A stretch of 11,754 nucleotides of DNA from Bdellovibrionia bacterium (lineage in GTDB: Bacteria; Bdellovibrionota; UBA1018): NCBI GenBank assembly GCA_049424145.1, contig JBMSSC010000089.1, positions 1 through 11,754 of the forward strand, written 5' to 3'. The notes beneath the pieces are model-generated. The model was given only the letters and a program-made list of their open reading frames with translations, did no database searches and was not told the DNA's origin. Positions 1 through 6,992 of the stretch are shown here, piece after piece. The translations under genes were made by a program, and so were the position numbers. The stretch's first letter is position 1. Every line of letters begins with the position of its first letter.

Positions 1-345
1 CTCACTGACGACCCAAGCAGCCGGAGGGCGCTCCTGGACCACGAGCTGATAGGCTGCAATCAGGAGGACTTTTCTGAGCCACCCGGAGGGCTTCTTTTTG
101 ACGGCACAGGAGTCAATCACTCCATCGAGCCGCCCCCTCCAACGCAGGGTGCCCGAGCAGACTTCTTGAAGCCAAGCCTGAGAGGCAGGGGGAGTTTCCT
201 CCGCAAGCGCCTGAAGGACTTCGTCCAACGGCTCGCGATCGCTGAGCACGCGCGTGAGAACACGCACAGCAAGACTCCTCGGATGCCTCATCGGGGACTT
301 GGGTTCTTTTTTTTCCAACTGAACTTCTTTTTTTAACGGCTTCAA
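1..345 (-). CDS. rsmB: 16S rRNA m5C967 methyltransferase RsmB/Sun, N-terminal NusB-like domain (partial, runs off the left edge)
   Basis: Not in the ORF track; translated by hand. From ATG at 291: MRHPRSLAVRVLTRVLSDREPLDEVLQALAEETPPASQAWLQEVCSGTLRWRGRLDGVIDSCAVKKKPSGWLRKVLLIAAYQLVVQERPPAAWVVSE. This matches the RsmB N-terminal pattern (E..GTLRW..RLD..I ... L...YQL ... P..V.E). The start may be TTG 345 (GGAG 5 nt upstream), GTG 351 or ATG 291. The methyltransferase domain is outside the window, so a NusB-like protein is not strictly excluded. Confidence 0.82.
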   Translation of the reverse strand, partial: MKPLKKEVQLEKKEPKSPMRHPRSLAVRVLTRVLSDREPLDEVLQALAEETPPASQAWLQEVCSGTLRWRGRLDGVIDSCAVKKKPSGWLRKVLLIAAYQLVVQERPPAAWVVSE

Positions 346-375
346 CTGCACTCCCGTTCTCAAGCAAACAACAAA

Positions 376-1407
376 TCACCGACCCCAAATCAGATACGGC
401 CCAGGCATCCATGCGGTGCCCTCACTGACTTCGGAGCGGCCTCCAAAAATGAGCTGAGCCCATTGTAGGAGAAACCCAGACCAATGACTGGGGCTCGAAT
501 GCAGGGTGGATGAAAAGGGAGCTTGAACTGTATCCCTCTCCTCAACTGAGGCCGAGTCCTCCATGAGACGCTCAACCCAGCTTTTGGACTTCTCAAAATA
601 GACCACCTTAGGCTTACCCTGAATCCCGGCCAAACGCGCAGCTCCTTCGATGGCCTGCTGCACCCCACCCAATTCATCCACTAAACCCAAAGCATGAGCC
701 TGGCGACCTGAGAAAATCCTTCCATCTGAAATCTGAACCACCTTCTCCATGGGCATTTTTCGGCCCTGGGCCACGGCCTCCCGAAACTGACTGAGCACAT
801 CGTTGACCATGGCCTGAAGCACGGCTTGCTCCTCAGGGGTCATGGATCGATACTCAGCTCCTGTATCTTTAAACTTTCCCGTCTTCACAACGTACCGCTG
901 GACCTTCGCCCATTCATAAAGCTTTTGAAGATTTAAAAACTCGATGATGACCCCAATAGAACCCGTAATGGTTCCTGGGTTGGCATAATCTTTCTTTGCC
1001 CCAGCAGCAATGTAATAAGCCCCACTGGCTGCAACCGAACCCATGGAGATCACCAAGGGTTTTTTAAAACTTTTAACGGCCTGATAGATCTCCTGCGATG
1101 GTGCGACGGCACCTCCGGGGGAGTTGAGGCGTAAGACCACCGCTTGAATCTGATCATTCTCCCCAATTCGCTCAAGCTTTGCCAAGGTGCGCTTGGAGTC
1201 CATGATCACTCCCGTCAGCTCCAAAACCCCCACTGATGAGTCCTTTCCAAAGAACCCGCGAGAGGCAACTTCAGTCTGCCCGACCGAGGAGGACTTCATC
1301 CCACTTCGAAGCCAAAGCCCACCTGAGATCAAGAGAAATAGAACAAAGAAAACGACCGACACTCCAAGAACCAATGCAAGCGGGTTGAGTTGTTTTTTTT
1401 CACTCAT
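376..1407 (-). CDS. sppA: Signal peptide peptidase SppA, short (36K) type, peptidase S49
   Basis: N-terminal hydrophobic anchor (LALVLGVSVVFFVLFLLISGGLWL); motifs LRLNSPGG, AASGAYY (catalytic Ser), TITGSIGV, KTGKFKD (catalytic Lys), DGRIFSG..A..LGLVDELG; GGAGG 10 nt upstream of ATG. Confidence 0.96.
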   Translation of the reverse strand: MSEKKQLNPLALVLGVSVVFFVLFLLISGGLWLRSGMKSSSVGQTEVASRGFFGKDSSVGVLELTGVIMDSKRTLAKLERIGENDQIQAVVLRLNSPGGAVAPSQEIYQAVKSFKKPLVISMGSVAASGAYYIAAGAKKDYANPGTITGSIGVIIEFLNLQKLYEWAKVQRYVVKTGKFKDTGAEYRSMTPEEQAVLQAMVNDVLSQFREAVAQGRKMPMEKVVQISDGRIFSGRQAHALGLVDELGGVQQAIEGAARLAGIQGKPKVVYFEKSKSWVERLMEDSASVEERDTVQAPFSSTLHSSPSHWSGFLLQWAQLIFGGRSEVSEGTAWMPGPYLIWGR

Positions 1408-1417
1408 CGGGTTTCGT

Positions 1418-1422
1418 CCTCC
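1418..1422 (-). promoter_or_regulatory. Shine-Dalgarno for sppA
   Basis: Minus strand reads GGAGG-acgaaacccg-ATG (10-nt spacing). Confidence 0.7.
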
Positions 1423-1452
1423 ACAGGCTTACTCTATCTGATCGTCTGAGAG

Positions 1453-1502
1453 AAAAAAAGCGTCGCTTGGAGAATCCACTTCTCTTCAAGCGACGCTTCT
1501 TT
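1453..1502 (-). terminator. Intrinsic terminator after rpsA, possibly bidirectional
   Basis: Minus strand AAGCGTCGCTTG-aa-GAGAA-gtgga-TTCTC-CAAGCGACGCTT-TTTTT: a 12-bp perfect stem, a 2-nt bulge, a 5-bp stem and a 7-U tract. The plus strand also has a T-rich tail (ttctttggtttttt). Confidence 0.9.
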
Positions 1503-1510
1503 GGTTTTTT

Positions 1511-1560
1511 GAAATCACACTCGGTAGCTCAACTCAAGGCGGATCAGAAAGTGTAACTTC
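1511..1560 (-). other. Stem-loop in rpsA 3' UTR
   Basis: GAAGTTACACT pairs with AGTGTGATTTC over 11 bp, including 2 G-U pairs, on the minus-strand RNA, enclosing 28 nt. Confidence 0.6.
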
Positions 1561-1587
1561 CTGCATGCCCCGGGTGAACGGAGTGTT

Positions 1588-3405
1588 CTACTCTTCGTCT
1601 TTTCCAGACTTCAGAGCCGCTTTGAGCTTATCACCCAAAACATCGCCCATTGAAGTCTTCCTGGAGCGCTCACCCACGTACTGATCGTAGTTTGCGCGCT
1701 CTTCTGTTCGACCCAATTGTTTAATCGAGAGCCCAATTCGGCGCTCCTTTGGCTCGATGGAGAGGATCTCAGCCCGAATCTTATCTTCTGGCTTGAGAAT
1801 ATCCGCTGGCTTTTCGATGCGATGATCGGCGATCTCGCTGACGTAAATCAGACCTTCCACGCCTTCTTCGATCTCGACAAAAGCCCCGAAATCCGTCAGC
1901 TTCGTGACGATGCCGTCGACGGCTTGGCCTTGACGGTAACGAGACTTGATATTTTCCCAAGGATCTCGCTCGAGCTGCTTAATGCCTAAGGAGAACTTCT
2001 CTGCTGTCTTGTCAATTCCTAACACCACAGCGCGGACTTGATCTCCTTTTTTGAACTTCTCAGAAGGATGAGCAAACTTCTTGGTCCAAGCAATATCGCT
2101 GATGTGAATGAGTCCATCGATTCCCACTCCGATGTCAATGAAGACACCGAAATCGGTCACTGACTTCACTTCACCTTCAACAATGGTTCCCACAGGGAAC
2201 TTAATCTCCAGTGCATCCCAAGGATTTTCCTGAAGCTGCTTTAAGCCTAAGCTGATTCGCTTATTCTTCGAATCCACTTCCAGCACTTTGCACTCCACTT
2301 CATCGCCCACATTGATGAGCTTCGAAGGATGCTTCACGCGCTCTGTCCAAGACATCTCCGAGACGTGAATGAGCCCTTCGATTCCATCTTCGAGCTCCAC
2401 GAATGCCCCGTAGTCTTTCAAGCTCACAATTTTCCCTTTGACCTTCACGCCCACAGGGAACTTGTACTCAGCTTCATCCCAGGGGTTTGGAGACACTTGC
2501 TTTAACCCTAAGGAGACGCGTTCTTTTTCTCGGTCGTACTTTAAGATCTTCACTTTGATCTCATCGGCCACGGAGAACAATTCGCTTGGGTGTTTGATAC
2601 GACCCCAAGACATGTCCGTGATGTGGAGCAATCCGTCCATCCCGCCCAGATCAATAAACGCACCGTACTCAGTGATGTTCTTCACGGTTCCCGTGACAAT
2701 AGCACCTTCTTGAAGGTTCGCTAAAGTCTCAGCCCGTTGAAGCTCACGCTCTTGGGCCACCACGGCTCTACGAGACAGCACGATGTTGCCGCGTTTTTTA
2801 TTGAACTTAATGATCTTAAACTTCAGCTTCTTACCCAGAAACTTGTCTAAGTTTTTCACAGGCTTGGTATCGATCTGGCTACCTGGCAAGAATGCCTTGA
2901 CGCCGATATCGACCGAAAGACCGCCTTTGACTTTTGCAATCACGGTACCTTCGACCAACTGATCCTTCTCACAGGCCTGAGAGATTTCGTCCCAAGCGCG
3001 GATGATTTCAGCCTTGTCTTTGGAAAGCAGCATGAAGCCGTTTTCCATCTCCATGCGCTCTAAGTAGACGCTAACGATGTCTCCCACGAGAACATGAGCC
3101 GTGCCAGTGGCATCCTTAAATTCTTGAATGGGCACTAAGCCTTCGCATTTGTAACCAATATCAACGGTTACATACTCGGAGCCAACAGAAACAACGGTTC
3201 CATCGACCACTTCGCCTTCTTTGATTTCTTGCTGCCGTTGAGAGGCTTCAAAAAGTTCAGCGAAATTTTCTTCTTGATCGTTATAATCGTTCAGAGATTC
3301 TTCGGGGTTGAAGTCGGAGGAGAACTCATCCATCCAACTTTGATTCTTCGGAAGCGGCTGAGCTTTTTTTGATGCTTCCGCTGTCGTGGTTTGCTTACCT
3401 ACCAT
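1588..3405 (-). CDS. rpsA: 30S ribosomal protein S1 (six S1 domains)
   Basis: 605 aa with FAELFE helix, VDIGYKCEG, AFLPGSQID, repeated G.V..(I/L/V)..(Y/F)G.F......GL.H.S(D/E) S1 repeats and C-terminal SMGDVL. Confidence 0.99.
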   Translation of the reverse strand: MVGKQTTTAEASKKAQPLPKNQSWMDEFSSDFNPEESLNDYNDQEENFAELFEASQRQQEIKEGEVVDGTVVSVGSEYVTVDIGYKCEGLVPIQEFKDATGTAHVLVGDIVSVYLERMEMENGFMLLSKDKAEIIRAWDEISQACEKDQLVEGTVIAKVKGGLSVDIGVKAFLPGSQIDTKPVKNLDKFLGKKLKFKIIKFNKKRGNIVLSRRAVVAQERELQRAETLANLQEGAIVTGTVKNITEYGAFIDLGGMDGLLHITDMSWGRIKHPSELFSVADEIKVKILKYDREKERVSLGLKQVSPNPWDEAEYKFPVGVKVKGKIVSLKDYGAFVELEDGIEGLIHVSEMSWTERVKHPSKLINVGDEVECKVLEVDSKNKRISLGLKQLQENPWDALEIKFPVGTIVEGEVKSVTDFGVFIDIGVGIDGLIHISDIAWTKKFAHPSEKFKKGDQVRAVVLGIDKTAEKFSLGIKQLERDPWENIKSRYRQGQAVDGIVTKLTDFGAFVEIEEGVEGLIYVSEIADHRIEKPADILKPEDKIRAEILSIEPKERRIGLSIKQLGRTEERANYDQYVGERSRKTSMGDVLGDKLKAALKSGKDEE

Positions 3406-3520
3406 AATAAATTATCGGGCCTTTCTTTTTCACAAGTGGGGGTACTGAAGACTGCAAAGCAGACTCAATTAGTACTCGCCCGCAGGTTCACTCCATCATC
3501 CATGGAAAACCGCTGTGGAC
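3406..3520 (-). promoter_or_regulatory. Structured rpsA 5' leader (candidate cis-regulatory RNA)
   Basis: Irregular hairpin 3520-3478 with apical TCCAT-ggatg-ATGGA; second hairpin 3475-3442 (GTACT...CTGC-ttt-GCAG...AGTAC); A-rich linker; AU-rich sequence before ATG with no well-spaced SD. Confidence 0.55.
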
Positions 3521-3524
3521 TTTA

Positions 3525-3553
3525 GATATAGAGAGCCAAACCCCCTTTGTCAA
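3525..3553 (-). promoter_or_regulatory. Sigma70-type promoter for rpsA
   Basis: Perfect TTGACA (3553-3548), 17-nt spacer, TATATC (3530-3525; 4/6 match, lacks the final T). It lies just downstream of the LPS-operon terminator and upstream of rpsA. Confidence 0.75.
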
Positions 3554-3587
3554 AGAGAAATCACCGATAACGCACCTTTTTACTCAG

Positions 3588-3618
3588 AAAAAAACCGCCT
3601 CAAGGCTCTCCCTGAGGC
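3588..3618 (-). terminator. Intrinsic terminator ending the lipid A/LPS operon
   Basis: Minus strand GCCTCAGGG-agag-CCTTGAGGC-gg-TTTTTTT: a 9-bp GC-rich stem (one G-U) and a 7-U tract, 16 nt after the GT4 stop codon. Confidence 0.8.
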
Positions 3619-3634
3619 CCTTCTCTTCTTTGAA

Positions 3635-4972
3635 TCAACTGAGAGAGTTGAGAGAGGGCAGCGCGCGACGCCGCCTTAAAGCGCGCTGATATAAAGCCAG
3701 CGTCTGGATTACACGCATTCTTCGATCATAGAGCTTCAAAACCTGTTGCCGAGCTTGATCTCCCATTTGCGCTCGAAGAGTGGGTTTCTCAATGAGCACC
3801 CGCAGTTGTCGTTGCAAATCAAACGCATCATCGGGACGAGTTAAAAGCCCATACTCTTGGCGCCCCACAATCTCCTCGGCACTCCCCCCCGAGGAGAGCA
3901 CCACCGGACAGCCCATGGCCATCGCCTCAATGGCCACCAGTCCAAACGCCTCTTGACGCGAGGGCATGGCAAAAATATCCAACGCCTTCATCACCTCAGG
4001 GATGTTTTTTAAAAATCCTGTAAAAATCACGTGATTCTCTAAATGAAACTGAACCACCATGTTCTGCAGTTCCCTCAGGTGATCCAAACCGGACTCGGCA
4101 GTCTGAGTGCCGACGATGACAAATTTGAGTTTTTGTCCCACAGGAGCGCTCTTCAATAAACTGGCCGCTGCCTTAATAAACGTGGCCTGCCCCTTGGCGG
4201 GGTCAATTCGTCCCACCGATCCAATCACCACGGTGTCGGCATCCACTCCCCACTGAGCCCTTTGGTGAGAGGCCTCCACTTTCCTGGGGTCAAATTCACT
4301 GAAATCCAAACCCAATCGAACCACTTTCACTCGATTCTGACTGAGTGGATGAGTGGCCAATACATTTTTTCGGACTGACTCACTGACCACCATGAGAGAA
4401 TCCAACCGGCGATACAACGCTCGATGAAAAAAATCATTTTTATTATGATCATTGAGAATATGGCGAGTCGCAAGAAGCGCTACACCCGGCTCCCTCCAGA
4501 GCCAGGGCACCACAGAACCTAAGAGAGAAGTTTGATGCAGGTGAATTAAGTTCACTCCCTCCTCAAGTAAGCTTGCTAGGACCTTCTTCAGCTTAAAATC
4601 GAAGTTATTCTTCGGCTGAAACAATAAGGGCACAGCCCAAATCTGAGGGTATTTCTCCACGTGCTCATGAACCGTGCTGCCATGGAGACACAAAAAGCGA
4701 ACGGAGATCCCCAGTGCAGCCACATCTAATGCGTCATGAATCGCGACCTGCTCAAGTCCTCCCCATGCACGCGAAAGACAAACGACTAAGACCTGAAGCC
4801 TCCCCTTCAGTGAGAGTAACAGCGAAGGTAAAGACTCCAGCGTAAGGGGCTCCTTTCGAAAACCAAAAGGAGGAGCCGAATCAACAGGGGTTTCCGGTGA
4901 GGTGGGCTGGGACACTGAGGGAGAAAGAGGCACGCTCCCCTTTTGGGATTCGGAACCCGGTTCTGATCTCAT
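3635..4972 (-). CDS. Glycosyltransferase family 4 (GT-B), probably LPS core biosynthesis
   Basis: WGGLEQ N-terminal loop, VGRIDPAKG, FTGF, and the EX7E motif EAFGLVAIEAMA. Start uncertain (ATG 4990, ATG 4972, GTG 4933, GTG 4915 or CTG 4840). The LPS role is inferred from operon context. Confidence 0.9.
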   Translation of the reverse strand: MRSEPGSESQKGSVPLSPSVSQPTSPETPVDSAPPFGFRKEPLTLESLPSLLLSLKGRLQVLVVCLSRAWGGLEQVAIHDALDVAALGISVRFLCLHGSTVHEHVEKYPQIWAVPLLFQPKNNFDFKLKKVLASLLEEGVNLIHLHQTSLLGSVVPWLWREPGVALLATRHILNDHNKNDFFHRALYRRLDSLMVVSESVRKNVLATHPLSQNRVKVVRLGLDFSEFDPRKVEASHQRAQWGVDADTVVIGSVGRIDPAKGQATFIKAAASLLKSAPVGQKLKFVIVGTQTAESGLDHLRELQNMVVQFHLENHVIFTGFLKNIPEVMKALDIFAMPSRQEAFGLVAIEAMAMGCPVVLSSGGSAEEIVGRQEYGLLTRPDDAFDLQRQLRVLIEKPTLRAQMGDQARQQVLKLYDRRMRVIQTLALYQRALRRRRALPSLNSLS

Positions 4973-6062
4973 TCCAAACGACGTCAGCATAAATTCCCCT
5001 TAAGCACTCCAGGTTTCTCGAAGCCGGAAGCAAACATTGATTTTTTTGGCAAGGCCAGCAGGCCACAGGATTCATCGAGATTTGAACCTGGCCAGGACCG
5101 ATGGGCTCAGTCACTCCGGGACTGCCAGCGCCCCAAACAATGTGCGTCTTGGTCCCACACAAGGCGGATAAGTGCGCCAAACCCGAGTCGTTGCAAACCG
5201 CAAACTGAGCGTTTCGAAAAACCTTCCAATAACTGGCCGGAGTCCCCCGAGCGGTCCAATCCTGAAGGTTAAGCTTCTTATCCTGAGCCCACTCAAGAGC
5301 CATGTCCATTTCGGAGGCCCCGCCCACAACCAGCCCCGGAAAGTTCGCCCCCCCGAGTGGATTGCACTCTGAGGCAATCAACTGAGCTAAAGCAGCAAAT
5401 GAGTCCCCGGGCCACCTCCGCGATGCGGCTTGACTGCCGGGCGCCAAAACCCAGTACGGACCCACAGGGGGCTCCAAGATATCAGACTCTCCCCAAGCTC
5501 GGGAAGCATCAAACTCGGAGAGGACTCCAGGAACACCCGGATCGAGCTCATTGACAGGGGGCACACCCCAAAATTTCTCAGCAGGCCCCCAGTGAGCTTG
5601 AGGAACCGCAGCAGCCAGTAAACTCAAATAGGCCTGCGAGCGATGCATCGAGGCTTCACTGGAAGGCTTGAAGGCATGGGTCAAAAGCAGGCTCCGCCCC
5701 TCGGTGGCATAACCCACACGAACCCTCACTCTTGACCGCCAAAGAAACCATGCACTGGAGAAGGAGTTGGGTAAGCTGAATCCTAAATCCCAAGGCCCTT
5801 GTTCTTGAATGACTTGAGCCCCCAGATTCAGTGCTTCCCACCTCCCCAAAAACGTCTTCTCTCTTGGCTGAGGAAGCACAAAAACTTGATCCACACAGTT
5901 TTTAAATTGAATGGACTGAACCCAACTGGCACACGCCACTGAGATTTTAGCCTGGGGAAAACTCTCCCTTAAGTGATGAAAAAACGGGTAAGCTAAAATC
6001 TGATCCCCGATCCAATTGGGAGCTCTGACTAAAATCGTTTTTGGACTGCTCAACCCTCTCAT
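4881..6062 (-). CDS. waaF: LPS heptosyltransferase II-like, GT9 family
   Basis: ILVRAPNWIGD, LPNSFSSA, RVGY..EGR..LLT, APGS...RRWP, NDSGLAHL, and C-terminal CWPC..C..C. GT9 is secure; WaaF specificity is inferred from motifs. Confidence 0.85.
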   Translation of the reverse strand: MRGLSSPKTILVRAPNWIGDQILAYPFFHHLRESFPQAKISVACASWVQSIQFKNCVDQVFVLPQPREKTFLGRWEALNLGAQVIQEQGPWDLGFSLPNSFSSAWFLWRSRVRVRVGYATEGRSLLLTHAFKPSSEASMHRSQAYLSLLAAAVPQAHWGPAEKFWGVPPVNELDPGVPGVLSEFDASRAWGESDILEPPVGPYWVLAPGSQAASRRWPGDSFAALAQLIASECNPLGGANFPGLVVGGASEMDMALEWAQDKKLNLQDWTARGTPASYWKVFRNAQFAVCNDSGLAHLSALCGTKTHIVWGAGSPGVTEPIGPGQVQISMNPVACWPCQKNQCLLPASRNLECLRGIYADVVWNEIRTGFRIPKGERASFSLSVPAHLTGNPC

Positions 6063-6992
6063 CTACTTCCTCACTCGAGCATCACTCCACTCGCCCTGAC
6101 GCAAAGGACTTAAATCCCCTTTAAACCGACGATGAATCCATAACCATTGCTCAGGATGCTCACGGATGCACTTCTCGACAAATTGCACATACGCTGCCGT
6201 ATTAAAAGCCAGTTCCTCATGAAGCGACTCGTGCTTCTGCCAAGAAAGCGGCGCACCCACGGAGACCTGCCATCGCCCGCAGGGCTTCCTAAAATTCACC
6301 ACAGGCAACACAGGCACCTCCGTACGCCTCACTAAGGTGGCTAAAGCCAAAGACGTTCCCACGGGCACCCCAAAAAGGGGCACTCGCACACCCACGGGTG
6401 GACCGGCATACTGGTCCAAAACAAATCCCACAGCTCCATTGGATTTTAAATGAGAAAGAACCTCTCGCATGGTTTTAGGCTCATACGTTGCCCGAACCCC
6501 CAACCGCAAGCGAGCTTGAAGGATCGCCTCATGCAACCACCCAGGCTTCAGGGCCTTGGTCACCAGCATGAGCTTCATCTCGCTGAATACTCCGGCTGCC
6601 CCTGCCATCACCTCCCAATTTCCCACGTGCGAGGACAGAAGGATCATGCCCTTTCCTAAGCGCTGAGCCTCTTGAATGTGCTCTAAGCCCTTTACATCAA
6701 CAAAATTCACGATGAAGCGCCTCATGGGGCCAAAGAGCATTAAAATCTCAAGAAACAAGTTTCCTAAGTGCTCAAAGCTCTGGCGAAATACTTTTTTTTG
6801 CTGGTGCGGATCATTGGGGTAGGCATACGAAAGATTCGCTCGCACCACCTGGGTGCGAAACCGGCAGACCATCAAGCACCACCCCAGCGCCTTCCCTAAG
6901 AACCGCTGAATCATCCGAGGCTGCAACCCAAATCCATAACCTAAGGTTTTAAGTAAAAACGGCCCCAGCCGATGACCTCCGACTAACCCCAT
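6063..6992 (-). CDS. lpxL: Lipid A secondary acyltransferase, LpxL/HtrB/MsbB family
   Basis: SHVGNWE (H-x4-E), LDQ, VPLFG and PEQWLWIHRRFK signature. Probable start is ATG 6992 (AAGGTG upstream); the ORF track starts at 7007. Acyl specificity is unknown. Confidence 0.9.
   Translation of the reverse strand: MGLVGGHRLGPFLLKTLGYGFGLQPRMIQRFLGKALGWCLMVCRFRTQVVRANLSYAYPNDPHQQKKVFRQSFEHLGNLFLEILMLFGPMRRFIVNFVDVKGLEHIQEAQRLGKGMILLSSHVGNWEVMAGAAGVFSEMKLMLVTKALKPGWLHEAILQARLRLGVRATYEPKTMREVLSHLKSNGAVGFVLDQYAGPPVGVRVPLFGVPVGTSLALATLVRRTEVPVLPVVNFRKPCGRWQVSVGAPLSWQKHESLHEELAFNTAAYVQFVEKCIREHPEQWLWIHRRFKGDLSPLRQGEWSDARVRK

Noticed and set aside
301..351. Imperfect duplication (CAGTTG...AAAAAAAGAA twice) with A7 and A8 tracts, a possible slippage site
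   Set aside because: It is short and low-complexity, fits a Lys/Glu-rich N-tail or spacer, and slippage would give no meaningful alternative product.
113..412. 99-aa minus-strand ORF from the track
   Set aside because: It is a frame-shifted shadow of rsmB, whose frame carries the recognisable domain.
1..1407. sppA and rsmB lie in the same frame separated by a single TGA (378-376), suggesting read-through or a fusion
   Set aside because: Same-frame adjacency has a 1-in-3 chance. The SppA protease domain is expected to be extracytoplasmic whereas RsmB is cytoplasmic, rsmB has its own start candidates, and no SECIS-like hairpin is evident after the TGA.
1533..1542. CTCAAGGC shared between the rpsA 3' UTR and the upstream terminator (3599-3606)
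   Set aside because: An 8-nt match is expected by chance, and the upstream copy lies outside the predicted rpsA transcript.
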